A stretch of DNA of 64,000 nucleotides from Massalongia carnosa (taxonomy: Eukaryota), in contig OZ287076.1 of NCBI GenBank assembly GCA_965645245.1, positions 372,001 to 436,000 of the forward strand. The letters run 5' to 3'. Under the pieces are notes generated by a model. The model was not told where the DNA came from. It saw nothing but the letters and a program-made list of their open reading frames with translations, and made no database searches. Position 1 is the first letter of the stretch. Every line of letters begins with the position of its first letter. Both the position numbers and the translations under genes were made by a program. Shown here piece by piece: positions 1 through 14,082 of the stretch.

Positions 1-2102
1 AGGGTGTATGAAGAGTCTTCACCAGCGTCGGGCTCCTCGCTCGAGGGCGAACAGGTGTTTCGGTTCGCCGAGTCAAGAAAGCTAGGCGTGACCAGCTCGG
101 TATTCTTGATCCTCAACAAGATGATAGGGACTGGCAGTAAGTGAGATTTTCTGTTGTGGATCGGAAAGAAGGCGCGTTAAGGTGATTGGTAGTTTTCTCA
201 ACGCCGTCGGGGATTTTTGCTGCGACTGGCTCCGTGGGGGTGAGCCTGATGCTATGGGTGATTGGTGAGAGTCACAGGTTCCTCTCGAACTCACTTACCA
301 ACACAAGCCAGGTGGCATCATTACGTTTGCTGGGCTCAGCATTTATCTGGAATTTGGGTTGCAAATCCCTCGATCGGGTGGAGAGAAAAACTATCTGGAG
401 AGAGTGTACCGGAGCCCCAAGTACCTTGCAACATCGGTGTTCCTATCCCAGATGATTCTCCTAGGTTTCTCGTCTGGAAATTCCTTGGCCTTTGGAAGAT
501 ATGTGCTTTTTGCTTCCGGCAGCGATGAGCCGGACGGATGGGCCGCTCGTGGAATCGCAGTTGCCTGCATCACTTTTGCTGTCCTGTTGCACAGCACTTT
601 TCCTAAATGGGGCATGCGGCTTTTCGACGTTCTTGGAATTTTCAAGGTCGTTGTGTTACTCTTCATCGTATTCTCTGGTTTTGCAGCGTTGGCAGGTCAT
701 CGAAAGGTGCCCGATCCTCATAATTTTGACAATGCTGTAAGTAGGGATGGCCATCTCCGGTTTCATGGTTCTTTCTGCCTCTTTAGGATTTGGGTTGCTC
801 ACCTATCTTGCGCAGTTTCGTTTAGACAGAGGAGATGGATATGGAGGTGGTGGAGCATATGCTTATGCTAATGCGTTGCTAAGAATCGTCTACAGTTACA
901 AGGGATGGTGAGAATTCTTTTGCGATCTAGCTCTCAGGTGTGATTAGCTGTTAACGTAAACAGGGAAAATGCAAACTACGTGAGATCTCCAGGCTGCGGA
1001 TGAGTCATGAAATGTCAGCGAGTTGCTGAAGGATACGGGTAGGTGCTAGGAGAAATCGCCAATCCTCGCAAGACTTTGACCATCGCTGCACCTTTGGCAG
1101 TGGGAGGAGTCACCATTCTCTACGTCCTCGCAAATGTTTGGCTATCAATCACCCTCATCACTCGGTGTTTGACGATTCATAGATTGCTTATTTTGCAGCC
1201 ATCCCAAAAGCGGACTTGGCCAAATCGGAGGTCATCGTGGCAGGCCTCTTCTTCCGAAACGTCTTCGGCAACAGCGCTGGCGCAAGATCCTTACCAGCGT
1301 TTGTAGCCTTGAGCAATCTAGGAAACGTGCTAGCAGTGAGCTTTGCGCATGCCAGAGTAAATCAAGGTATTCCGGGAACGAAGCCTTAGGGGATCAGTTC
1401 GCTAACTCTCAAATGCCGTAGAGTTTGCAAAGGAGGGGCTTCTACCTATGAGCAGGTTCTGGGCTTCGAACAAACCATTCAACGCCCCCGCATCGGCAGT
1501 AAGCTTCAAACTCAGCCAACGCTTTAGAGCCACCTGGTAAGGATTAACGTTGACACTTTAAAGTTACTGCTACACTGGGTCGTCACCGTAATCATCCTGC
1601 TGGCCCCTCCAGCTGGGCCGGCCTATAACTTCATCATCGACCTGTCCGTTCCCTCTCCTCATTTTCTGTTCGAGTCCATTATCCGCATGGCATTGCTAAC
1701 ACTGCCCCCTTATGACACGCATGCAGATACACATATCCCGGCGCCTGGATAAACTCGTTCGTCGCCGCCGGTCTAATATACCTCCACTACAAACCCTCGG
1801 AGAACTGGACCTCGCCCTGGCACAGCTACCTCCCCGTCATCGTCCTCTTCTTTCTTACAAACGTCTTCCTCGCCATTGTGCCCTTCATCCCACCCACCGG
1901 CGCCACCGATCCTGACGGATACCCGTACTACGTCTTTCCCGTTGTGGGAGTGGGCGTTTTGCTGCTGGGAGCGTTGTACTGGGCCGTTTGGACAAAGCTG
2001 TTGCCCAAGATTGGCGGATATCGCGTGGTGGCTGAGAGGAAGGTTCTGGAGGATGGGGCGGAGGCGGTACGGTATCGCAAGGTAAGGGAGAAGGATCTTT
2101 AA
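1..2102 (+). CDS. Amino-acid permease, APC/LAT family (MUP1-like methionine permease); multi-exon, 5' end outside window
   Basis: Spliced reading RKLGVTSSVFLILNKMIGTG|IFSTPSGIF...IPRSGGEKNYLERVY...LGEIANPRKTL...EFAKEGLLPMSRFWASNKPFNAP...GYPYYVFPVVG; many short GT-AG introns; stop at 2100-2102. Confidence 0.9.
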
Positions 2103-5100
2103 GAGATTGGGGGGAGGAATGGTATGGGGGGTCGTCATGGAAAGTCCTTGTTGCTTTTCACCTCCTGTTAAAGGTTATTTACTGCTTAACATCGAGCTGC
2201 TCTAGTAATCATAGAAACAACTCCTGATGGAGAAGACGCCTATATTAAAAATGAATCAACACGCGGTCAAGGGGAACTATATATAGCCAGGGCCGCCCTC
2301 GCCGAACCAATGGACACCGATTCGCTTCCGAGCCGCTACCTTACATGTACAAGGTAGCCAGCCAGTCTGTTCACCCCTGATCGACCGAAGTAGGCGGAGG
2401 GCTATTTCTGGCTCGGGAAAACCCCCCGATTGCCTACCTATGAGTATTTTCATGACCCCCGGAATATTCTCCAACCCCCCGTTCCCAAATTTTGAAACAT
2501 TGTTTCTCGATGTGGTCTAGTTTGTGTTTTTTTCCCACGTTTTTTGCGGATCTCTATCTTATTTATCTAAATCTAGCTATCATCTACGTAGGAGTAGGTT
2601 TTTTGTTTAGACTTTGCATCTGAGTAGATGAATGAATGAATTAATCATGGCCCCATAGGGATAGCCCGTTTCCAACAGGCACATGGGATATTTAATGTAA
2701 ATCTATAGGGAAAAACGTCTTGGTATGCGATCCACCAGAACCAGCCGAACCCAGGTAATATGGACCAAAAACACCAACACCGCTACACCAGCTGCCTAGC
2801 ATATATGTCCCGTATGAGCGGGGATTTTCCTGTGCATTCCTGGGCGAATGAATCATGATGGTATAATTCCTTGAGAACCCAGAATTTTAACGAACAACAC
2901 ATGGAGCTCTCCCCCCCCCTCCCCCCCACCAAAGACCGTCCCCAAGTCTTTTCTACTTTATATAAAACCGCTATTATTCAAAAAAAAAAAGATCCAACAC
3001 GCTTTCCTCGCCCTTCCCCCCAGAACCTACTCCGTGCCCTTTTCACAAAGCACCCAGCATCGCTTTCTCGTGCAGGGCGAGGCATGCAATTTGAGCATCG
3101 GAAACGCCCTTGTCCATGTACCATGGCGATGTTTACACGCTGCGGTGTAAGGAGAAGAAAGGAGAGGATATGATATTCCAGGCAAGCAAGACTAACTAGT
3201 TACCGAAAGTCCGAGGAGGAGACGGGAGAGCGAGAGAACTAGATAGGAGCAAAAAGCTAAAGAAAATGAGCTGGAGGAATGGAGGGATCGGGGAGATATC
3301 TTGCGGCATATTCGGGATGTTGCCGAGAGCTTGGATTTCGCAATAATTTAGGGGGGGGGGGGTCCTAGGGATTTTTTCAAGGAGGGTTTTTGTTGGAAAT
3401 ATATAGGAAATAACCCGGATGCTTTTATCGAAGTCTGGTTGGGAAGGCGCAGCGCAGTGGCATGTGTGTCCCAAAGTTTTAGTGAATTGTCTATTGCGGA
3501 CACGAGCCAAATGACTATATAACTTTCTCCGAAAGGGGATGAGTCATGGCGTTTTGAGTTGCTGTTCTTGATGGTATTTTTCCGCCTTTCGAGAACTGAT
3601 CTTCGATTATTAGAAAACGTAATCTCATAAGGAAGATATGGAAATCTGAGAGATCATAGGATGGGTTGAAGTAGAGACTGAGTTTATTGAACTACTGAGC
3701 TCGATAGAGCAGAATATATAGCTCAAATGATAACTAAGTACACATGTGAAAGGGGACATGTCGAGGACATGTGATCGAGCATGTGAAAGAGTAAGATAAT
3801 TCAGGCTGATAGAAGAATATATATAGAACCAATCGAGGGAGTAAATGGTAGAAAAAAGCCGGGCCTCCTGGCGTCTTGCTTTGCGAAACTTGCTCGAACG
3901 TTTTTGCTTGAAAGTCTTCCTTCTTTTGTCCACCAAAGACCACCGTTAAGGCAGCCAGAGAAAGAAAGGATTTCTAAAAATCCAGGCTCTCTCGAGGGCT
4001 CTGTTACATGAGCCAAAAAAAAAAATCGAGGCCATTTAGAATCTATCGTATCCGGCCATCTCCCTGCTTGGTAGGAGCGGTTTCCTCCCAAATCCGTCTT
4101 TACAGCAGCGAGGGGAGTGGCTTGGAGATTGCGTGTTTGGGGGGTAGATCTGCATGTGTCGTTCTACACACTTGGTGTAAAGGACAACACGCGCACGTAA
4201 ATAAAAGATATGAAGTTCTCTAAAGTACTACTACCAATAAGCCCTTTATTATCTCTAAGTTTAATAAAGGAAGAGAAATAATAGAAGACTGAAGTATTTG
4301 AATACTCATATAGATGCCAAGTCTCTGTTGTTGTTGTTGTCAAGGGCATGAATGCTGTTGGTAAGGCTTTGACGGAGAAAATGCTGCCGGACTTCAGCAT
4401 CGTTGAGTCAGATACTATCACACTGTCATTTGATATCCTCCGAGTATAATATAATTCTCGATAGGAAGCTGTGCCGCAACGGCCCTCAAACGATCAATAG
4501 GATAGTCTTTCATAGAGGTTTCAAGGGGAGATCGGCTTCAAGATGAGTTGTGAGCGGAAATGAAGCACCCGCTTGGGAGTGAACTTGATGGTAGTATTTT
4601 TTCCGAGTTAGGTGATGAAGTGTGTAGAGGTATGAAAGTAGATGACGGTGATGGGTAGTTGAGCAGAAAAAAGTTTTTTTTGGGGTGTTTGGTAGGTGAG
4701 TTGTGCTGACGGAGGCTTGGACACGATAGCTTTAATAAAGAGCGGGGAGGAAGTAGAAAAGACCGATACTTCAGTGCCCTCCATCTGCATCTCTGCGTAT
4801 ATAACTCCGAGAGGACGTTGCGTGACTACTTATGTCTTGAATGACAGAAGATTGATTGTAAATAAAATCATTTTTCCCCAAGTATTGCCAGTACTCATTG
4901 ATTTCATCTCCAAACTCTTCGGCAAAGACTATCAAGATGAGAAAAAGACAACCATGAAGAGACTTCGCATAATCCAGGACTGGTAGCGTTTCCTGTCTTT
5001 CCGGGTAGGTATTTGTTGAGCTGAATGTATGATAACAATGAGCTCTATGATGAATTTATATTTACGTCAGAAGAATATCTCTTGATAGTGAAATAGATGA

Positions 5101-8100
5101 TTGATTTATTGATGGATTTATGATGAATCCTCTAAGCCTAAATTTACAAGAAGTGAATTTTGTATGAGCTTGTCTCGCTTATTACATAATCTCTGCCGTT
5201 AGTCCGACAGTATTTCAAAAGGAGCTTTGAGCGACACCTGCAGCAAAATGTTGCGAATTGCTTTTCGCTTTTGATCTATGGAGATTTTTTCGAGGATAGC
5301 TAAGTAGTTAACTAATGTCGATACATTTTAGCAATGTAGGCAAGGAGTCATAGAATCGCTATTTATGAGCTATTCTAATGAATCGTACACTATAGATAAT
5401 GAAAGGGGTGATAGGTGGGAGTGCGAATCAGATGACCTGGGGCTAGTAGAGGTAGCAGAGGAGTGGGAAACATAACTCAGCACTAGGCTCTGAAGGCCTA
5501 CAGTGAAAAAGATGAAAACATACTGCTCGATGGGCCGACTGCTGGTATGACTGAATACATGAATGATGTCAGACTGTCCTTATGTCTGGACTCCTTTTGT
5601 GACTCCCCTTTCCTTCGGCACGGAACAAACAAGCTCTGGAGAGCATACACTCTCTGCTCCACCACAATAGAAGAAGTGATTACTTTTCCTAAAAGAGAAG
5701 TCGAGATTACTCGTAATGATTGTGCTTTAAATAGGGATATGTAAAGAGATGGAGATTGAATGAACGAGCAAGCTTGCCTTTATAAGGTAAGTGTTATAGC
5801 ATGATAAGGATAAAGAATTTGCTGTTTTGTCAAGAATCCGAAATTCTTGAGAAGGTTTTGATTGAACGTGGTTATCGCTTTGATAGACAAGTCTGAGAAA
5901 TTGCTAATCGTGGAAGGTATACAGTTGCTGTACCAAAACAGAATACGAAAGAAGAGTAAGTTCCAATTCAAAGTAGGAGACAGCATGAGATAAAATACGT
6001 TATACATTGACAAGCATTGGCTCTGACCGAAGATCGCCCACATTTGAAGATCCACAAATCTCGCTTTGGCCGGGAGGACTATATATAGAGAGAATACTAC
6101 CTTCCACCTTAATATCTGGCGGGCGTATTCGAACTCGTGTGATTCCATATCTGTAGCTAATTCAACCGAGTCAATCTGGCTCACGCCCCACCAAGCCATC
6201 ATCGGTCAGCCATTCGGCAAACCCTGTCGTCATACCTTCATGGTGAAATATTTGCTTGGATGTTGGAATGAGATATATGAGATAGGCCGAGTTTTATATG
6301 TAAGAGAAAGTTAGCGGGATATTATATCTTTGCCACGGTTGCAATTTTGGAGTTGAAGATCTGCAAACAAGCTAGAGTTTTCCTCAGACAAGGTCAATGT
6401 CGAGGAATTCGAGAAGGGTGATGCCTTGGGGTAGGGGATTTTTAACGATGAAGGAAACTCAGGTATATACTCGCCGCTGTTTGAGTTTGAGATGGCGTCG
6501 AGACTTCCTTGAGAAACGAATCTTCCACCAAAGGACCCGGCCAGGCGTATTTTTGAGGTATTATAATACGGCTATGTGTTTCCACCTGAAAATCATGACA
6601 ACTTTCTGTGAGCTCTAGCTGCACTGACTGAGTGAAACATGGTTGATCTCCCCTCTCAACCACAGCTTGGACACCTAACGCATTGAAGGTGTGCTTTGTA
6701 CTGGGGTAAAGCCGTAGATAACCTTATTTATGGACTTACTCGTAGTTGCTGATCGTGAGTTATTGAACGACCTTTGGATAGGGCTCAATAATGCTGGCCG
6801 CTCTGCCGGATTATCTAGGGATGTCATGAAGAGACGTAAATGAGAGAGTAATGCTTTGAGAATTAGTAAGGCTTTGTTTCTGGGATTCATGGACTGGTTA
6901 GTTTCGTCAAGCAGTAAGACACTCAACTTGACTGGGATGATAAAATTATTACGAAAGAAGTTGGAGTTTGAACGGGGTAGGAGGCTCGGGGTTGATCCAT
7001 GCTGTACTCGCTCTTCCTGCCTTGTAAGCGTAACTAACTTCGTCGTCGACGAACTAGACTCATTGGTCCCTTGTTCTTGCACCCACCAATTATTTCTATC
7101 TGAGATAACGCCGCAGCCAGCACATACCTCTTCCTTCTACAAAACGCCATCCCCTAACATAAAGTGAGTAAACAAGAAAAAATTAATAATAACGGAAAAA
7201 ACCAATCGGAATCAATGGGCCAGCTCTCAGAAGGCGATCCTCAAGCTTACCTTAAGCGGGTTCTCATCTTTTCGTCAACCTGAATACCAATATATGTACC
7301 ACTTCATCCATTTTTGGGCACCATGCCGCCAAAAAAAAAAGTTCAGACAAGGAATAAGTGTAGGTTCGTAGTGCTATTCTCACTGAAGCGTCGTAACAGC
7401 GTATCTAAGCTAAGCCTCTTTGAGGGCCGGACTCAGTTTGTAACGTGCACATACACGTGATGAAAGAAAGGATCATCTTTCCTAAAAGCATTCCCATTCC
7501 CCTGTTGGAATGTCGCATCGTTCCTTGACACAACACACGTTGAATAGGTAATTTCATGACGCTCGAGGATTGAGCGTATTCATTCAAAATGCGCTTGATT
7601 ATCCTCTTGAAGCTGGCCAAAACTCATTTCTTGTCTCTTCGGCTTTCTTCGTACCTTCCCTTTCCTCGGATTTTACAATTTCCCTACCCTTTTTGGATAA
7701 TGAGCGAAGCCTAATAAGCAAATTGCTGCGTAGTAAGTGGAATGATAGAATCTAGAGTAAGGCTTAAGTCTCGTTTTCGCAGCGACCGAATGAGTTTATT
7801 TGCCGATTGAGCTTTTATGGAGACCGAGTGATAGATCGGGTGCTGGAATAAATGCTTGATTGTGATGATGCTGAACAAAGAATATCGGAGTGAAGAAGAG
7901 GAATGCCATCAATTTGTCGATTTCCTCCATATGCCTTCCACCAAGGACGAATATATAATGTCCCGTTAACCGGACGATCATAGAGATATAGATTCCGTTT
8001 GTCCGTTGTACAGATGCTAACTCAGCTAGCTGTTCTCGGTAGGCATTTGAGAAATAACCATGTGTCGGTGGATCGCGATTCTCGACGGCGAAGCATTCGA

Positions 8101-8898
8101 TACTAGTCAGTGCCTACGGAAAACATTGCTTCATATCCGATGTTTTTCGTAAGGGCAAAATATTTCTGGGATATATTCTTGCATCGGTTAACAGCGAAAC
8201 CGGCCATTTTTCTTAAACCCCTTCGCTAGTTGCGATAGAATAATATTGAATGTCTTCTTTGACTACGATTAGCAACCGTGCAAGATATTTGTTCAAAGCG
8301 AAAAGGTACTCCATATATAGGATAGGGTCTTCATTTCAATAGAAAAAGTGTAGTCTCCCTTGTTGTATGTTCACTTGGTCAAGAATTTTTCCTTTTCGAG
8401 AGATTCTTCCAGATATATAGGGACATTTCTGTGTTTCGACATGAAAGCTAGGGTCTCCCTTGACATTTTATCACTTCGGCAGCGACTCTATATAAGCGTA
8501 GAGTACTGTCAATACTACGGTCTCCTTGTCCTTTCCATTATTTTTGACGACAATGATCAAGCACAACCAAGCGTAGAGGAAATGTCAGCTGGGATTGAGG
8601 ATCTTGACACTAAGAACAGCCAAACAAAATGAAAATGAAATGATCCACGCAGCTTTCAGAAAAACATATTTAAGTGTAAGAAATTTCAAGTCAGTTGTAT
8701 ATTATTCATCTCTCATGACATTCTTTTGACCGGAATTATTAGGACAGACTATAATGAAGTAACACGATGCATTCCTCAAGACCAAAGCGCCTTGGTTCCG
8801 TTTAAGTCTCTGTAACCTGACGAATAAAAATTCCAACCTTGAATATAAAAAATAAATATCGAAAACGAAAGCCAGCATTAGAATTTCACGAATCTTTG

Positions 8899-9118
8899 TA
8901 TTGAGCTTGATTTATTGATCTAAGCTCTTGGTGATTGGAGAATGATTTACGTTTTAGATAGACACTTGAAATTGACACTTGGAATTGAGGTGATGATTGC
9001 TTGCATTGAAAGGATTTTGCACCCATTCTCTCAGTTACTAGAATGTTGGGATTCGGTTAATAGATTACCGTATCCGAGCTACATATCGCTTACTGCTTGA
9101 CCACTAAACTGGCTGACA
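8899..9118 (-). repeat. 3' LTR of copia element
   Basis: 220 bp, minus strand TGTCAG...TCAATA, matches 13863-14082. Confidence 0.97.
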
Positions 9119-12100
9119 CATCCCCTTGATGAAGATTTTCTCCTTCAGTGGAATCTTCATCATTTCCTTTCTCATACCCTAGGCCTAATAGCCTGATGAA
9201 TTGCTTTTGACGTTGGGGGGGTAATGACTTTGTTAGTCCATCAGCTAGAATGTTATTTGTTGAAACCCATTCTATACCGATTTGCCCCCTAGATATTTCC
9301 TGGCGGAGCCAATGCTTGTGAATATCCACATGCCTAAGCTTGGTAATAAGGCGGTTAGTGGTTAGGGCTCGGATGGTTTGACGGTTATCGCATTGAATAC
9401 TAGTTGGATGATCGAGGTGGAAATTTATTGATTGAAAAAAGCGAGTTCACCATATCAATTCTTTCCCTGCGGCTGATATGGCTAGCAATTCGGCCTCGGT
9501 TGAGCTAGTTGTGACTGTGCGCTGCTTAGAGGCCTTCCAATCGATCATTCCATTGAATAGTTTGAATGCATAGCCTTGAGAGCTATATCTAGTGCTTGAA
9601 TCATCTGCGAAGGATGCATCGCTACTGGCCAAGAATATCTCTCGTGAATAAGTAGCCTGTGTGTTGAACACAATTGCTAGATGCTTAGTATGGGCTAGAT
9701 ATTTGAGGGTACGGTTGACGCATTCCATATGGTGTTTGGATGGGTTGGTAAGAAATTCCGATAATTTGGAAGCTGCTTGGGCCACATCGGGCCTAGTGAT
9801 GACTGCGGCAAAATTCAATGATCCTACCCGCTGTTGATAGGAGTGAATTTCTTGAGCTGTTGCCATAGAATTATTTTTGGTTAATTCTTCTAGTGGTAGT
9901 GGTGATTGTGTTGAACGCTTGGTGAGGTCCAAGTTGATGTTGAACTTGGCTATTAGCTTGTCAATGAATGAATCTTGGCAAAGCCATAGCTGACGAATAT
10001 TCCTATCCCTGATGATGTGAATTCCTAGAAACCATTCCAATTGACCTAAGTATCGCATTTCGTACCTCTGAAATAGTAGAGCTTGAAACTGATCCACTTG
10101 ATTGGTGTAGCGGCGATCATATAATATGACGATATCATCCACGAAGAAGAATAGCAAGATATGGGTATCTTGACTAATGAAAAGGCAGTCCACCCCCGGG
10201 ACGGGTTCAAGATTCATCTCGATTAGGACTTTTGATAGATTTTGATACCATAGGGCCGGTGATTGCTTGAGACCGTATAGTGCTCGCAATAGGAGTAGTA
10301 GAATATTGACTTTTTCTGATCCAGGCCACCCTTCGGGCAATTTACAATAGGTAGGTTCATCAATAGGACTATTTGCAAATGCATTGACTGCGTCGTATTG
10401 GCGTGTTTCAAGGTCAAATGCGGCTAGTATAGCCATTAGCGCTCTAAAATTCCGTGCGGCCAATGTAGCTGCAAAGGTATCTTGCTCGGTACGTTGAAGA
10501 TCACCCCTAGCACATAGTCTTGATTTGTATTTGACTAAATACCCCTTTTCATCGAGTTTGTACTTGAACACCCACATGGTTGGAATAGGTGTTTTCCCTG
10601 CTATTGTTGCTGCATTGATGTTGACCTCGGTCCAGGTGTTCTTTGCAACAAGCGCCTGAATTTCCATCTGCATGGCTAATTTGAAGCCCTCTGCATGCGG
10701 ATGCTTTAGCATTTGACGATAGTTCTCAGGTTCAATAGGTAAGCTATCTCTATGAAAGCGAGTGCTTTGAGTCGGGGTATAGTCCTTTTTAGGCTCTTGA
10801 TTGGAAATGTAGTAGGAACCTGCCATGATATTGGCCGAGAATGCAGCGTGATATGAATTCAACTCGCCATTCTTGGCTTGTGCTAAGGCGGTTGAATAGG
10901 CTTCATAGCGTCTATTGCGATTGCGACTTCTTCCCATCCCCTCAGGTAAGATATTATCCGTATCGAGACTTGAATTGATATCCCTTGATGCTTTTCTAGA
11001 ATTGTTACTCTTTGCGGTGATTGATTCTGATGGATTTGAACCATGAATTGATGGGTTTGGGCTTGATGAGCTGGTAATGGAGGGGCTCGGTGTTAATAGG
11101 TAAGTGTCGTCTGATGAAATTTCGGCAGCATTTCCGTATCCAGAATTTTTGTCCAGAATTATTTCCTCCATATTTTCTTCCATGCCTTGTATGTTTTCCC
11201 TCATGCCGATTCCACTTTCCTCCTCTTCATCATCCGATCCTATTTCGGTGATAAGGGTGATGGGATCCAGATCATGAAGCTCATAGGTAATTTCAAGCAT
11301 AGGTTCGTTGACAGCTTGTAGTAGGTCAATATCGTGTGCATCATAGTAGGTGTTCTCATTAAACATCACATCCCTCGTACGAATTACTTTTCTTTGACTT
11401 GGTATCCATACTCGAAAGATATTTCTGGCTTCATACCCTACTAGATGACCGATATGTGCTCGTTCTTGAAGTTTTTGCTTCTTTGGTATCTGCTTGTTTA
11501 GTGTGTACGCTTTGCATCCATAGTGGTGGAGATGGCTGAGATCGGGCGGGTTTCCTATGACTAGCTCATAAGGTGTTTTCCATTGGTGCTTCTTCATTGG
11601 TGTGCGATTAGCTATATATCCTGCGGTGCGCACGATCTCCGGCCATAGGAAAATTGGTAGTCCCGCGTCAATTCTCATTGCCCTTGCTTTCATGGCTAAA
11701 ATTCCCCCTTTTCTCTCAGAGTGGCCGTTTTGCTCCGGTGTGTCGGGTGTTGATGATTCATAGGTGATGCCCTTTTCAACAAGCAAGTCGTTGAAATTAT
11801 TGCCCAATGACCGTTCTCCATCTGACCGAATAAACACTACCTTAGCCTTGAAGCGAGTCTCAATAAGATTGATTGCCTCCTTGCATATTTTCGATGCATC
11901 CCCTTTGCGTGGGTGGGTAAATACCATATTGAAATCGGTCGCATGGCATGCAAAGTGTGAAACCCATTCATCTTTATTCATCGCGGTGTTGAGCTGCATT
12001 AAATCATAAGTGATGCGATAAAAGGGCTCATTTGATGTTTCTGCATTTTCTGATGAACGAGAAACAATGCGATGTGCTTTGGATAAAGCGCAAGGTTCGC

Positions 12101-13730
12101 ACTCGTTGGTTTTGGGGACTTTTCCTTCTGATTCTTCTGATATTTTGACTCCCCTAGTAGATGACTCGAGATGTTGAATAGATTCATCCGAGGCATGGGC
12201 TAGCATCTGATGCCATTCGTATGCTGTTGCGGTTTTATTGGTAGCTATCTTTGGTTTCTGTTGCACTAGGAAAACTGATGCTTGATCTGATGATGTGTTG
12301 TCCTCTAGCAAATAATGGCCGTTATAACGCTTTACATAAGCAACCGTTTTCCCTTCCCGATGGAGGTGATTCTTCCAATTATCAAAGTAAAGGCCTTTCA
12401 CATAGAGCAAGTCCTGAGAAACTAGGTTGGTCATGAAGTTGGATACATAGGCTACATTTAGAAGTGTGATGCTTTGAAGTCCGGTAGGAGTTGATACGGT
12501 GATTTTGACCGTACCATAGCTTTCTATTGCTAGGCGTTGGGTGCCCGCAGTTAGATACTCTCCCATTGATTTCCTTTCCTGTGTGTAGCGCGATTTCATG
12601 GTGTTGTTGCACACATGGATATTAGACCCGTTATCCAATATCCATGAGCTCTTGATTGTGTAGCTATCTGCCGAGAATGATGACGATGTTTTAGTAGATG
12701 TAAAAGCGCCTAACTCCTTCTCAGTATTGTTGGTGTTGGTGTTGGTGGTTTTAGTGGCTTTTGATTGTTGTATTTCCTTTGATCGCTGAAGGGATTTTTC
12801 CACCTTAGCTTTCAACTGCTGGTCTTTCATTGCTTCATCAATCTGTGTTTGAATTTGGGGTCTGGAAGTCCAATTTGAGGGCCGCTTCTCTGGTACTAGA
12901 TAGTAGCAGTCATTGTACCAATGAACGGACCCACAAAGACATTTGGGAGGCGTTTTTTGCCCATTAAATGTCGCTCCCTGTCCTTCCTTCTTTTTCTCGG
13001 TTGCAAAAGCTGAATGCGTGTTGTTATTCTTATTTTTTTGCGTTTGATGCAGGCGAACATATTTACGAAAGCTCTCAATTAGCGGGTGGAAATCTTTCTC
13101 TTCCTTGCTGTCCAAAGTAATCAGATGAGCGTTGGCAAATGAAGGTTCGGTGGGAAGAACGGCCATTATAAAATCACGAATAGGCCGTGTTCCCATCATT
13201 TCACCAACTCCATATGCCTTGCCATCGGTGTAGACTGTTTGCCATTCTTCTAACCACGTTTCTATATCCTGCTTGCCTGATCCCTTGCATAACCTGTGAT
13301 ATTTGTTCTCGATCTCTATGCAGCGTGCTGAGTCGCTCGGTGCTAAGCGGGTTTTCAGTGCTCGAAGCTGGTTCCATGGGTGAGGCTCTTCTTTCTGAAT
13401 GTAGGTGGCATTTTGGACTGTGATGGTATCTTGAATGAAGGTAATAAGGTCGGCAAATGCCTTTTGCTGCTTTTCGTACTTGGCCAGCTGAATTTTGTAG
13501 ATGTGGGTTTGTGCCTTGTATACTTCGTAGGCTCTTGGGTCAAAAGTTGCGGCGTCTGTTGATAAGATGAACACCGGTTCCGTTGGCGATTGGATGCTTA
13601 TTGGCTTGGTAATGATTTCTGGATTCACTAGGTCCCAAATTCCGCTGTTTGTGGCCCGTGATCGGACGAAGGAAAACCAGGTGTCCCAATCGGCTGGCTT
13701 GCCTAGGACTATCTTTCGCGTGGTACTCAT
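9090..13730 (-). CDS. Copia gag-pol polyprotein with one in-frame TGA in RNase H
   Basis: Protease WILDNGSNIH, integrase WHQMLAH..CEPC..RSDGE..NGHSER, RT FFVDD, RNase H SSDASFAD..SSTEAE. TGA at 9447-9449 (ELIW*TRFF) is followed in frame by CDNRQTI..KLRHVDIHKHWLRQE..ADGLTK, ending at 9090 inside the 3' LTR. Likely start MSTTRK at 13730. Confidence 0.93.
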
Positions 13731-13862
13731 GTTGATTTTTGATTTGATGACTTGATGGTTATTTGATGCAAGATGATGTAAACTTACAAGGTAAGATGCA
13801 AGTTGCAAAATGCAGGTTGGTACTTTCTTCTAAAACGATGGATGTGCTTCCGGGCTCATAAC

Positions 13863-14082
13863 TATTGAGCTTGATTTATTGATCTAAGCTCTTGGTGATT
13901 GGAGAATGATTTACGTTTTAGATAGACACTTGAAATTGACACTTGGAATTGAGGTGATGATTGCTTGCATTGAAAGGATTTTGCACCCATTCTCTCAGTT
14001 ACTAGAATGTTGGGATTCGGTTAATAGATTACCGTATCCGAGCTACATATCGCTTACTGCTTGACCACTAAACTGGCTGACA
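13863..14082 (-). repeat. 5' LTR of copia element
   Basis: Copy of 8899-9118; followed on the minus strand by the PBS. Confidence 0.97.

Larger units (their letters stand above)
8899..14082 (-). mobile_element. Ty1/copia LTR retrotransposon, full length, recent insertion
   Basis: Two 220-bp LTRs (8899-9118, 13863-14082) that read identical by eye; 5-bp TSD CTTTG (8894-8898, 14083-14087); PBS GTTATGAGCCC next to the 5' LTR; purine tract AAGGGGATG next to the 3' LTR; domain order gag-PR-IN-RT-RH. Confidence 0.97.

Noticed and set aside
3742..3790. Cluster of CATGT(G) motifs
   Set aside because: No identifiable gene nearby; consistent with local slippage.
2200..8890. Starship captain (DUF3435) gene at the start of the gene-free region
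   Set aside because: No recognisable tyrosine-recombinase motifs in the frames I read.
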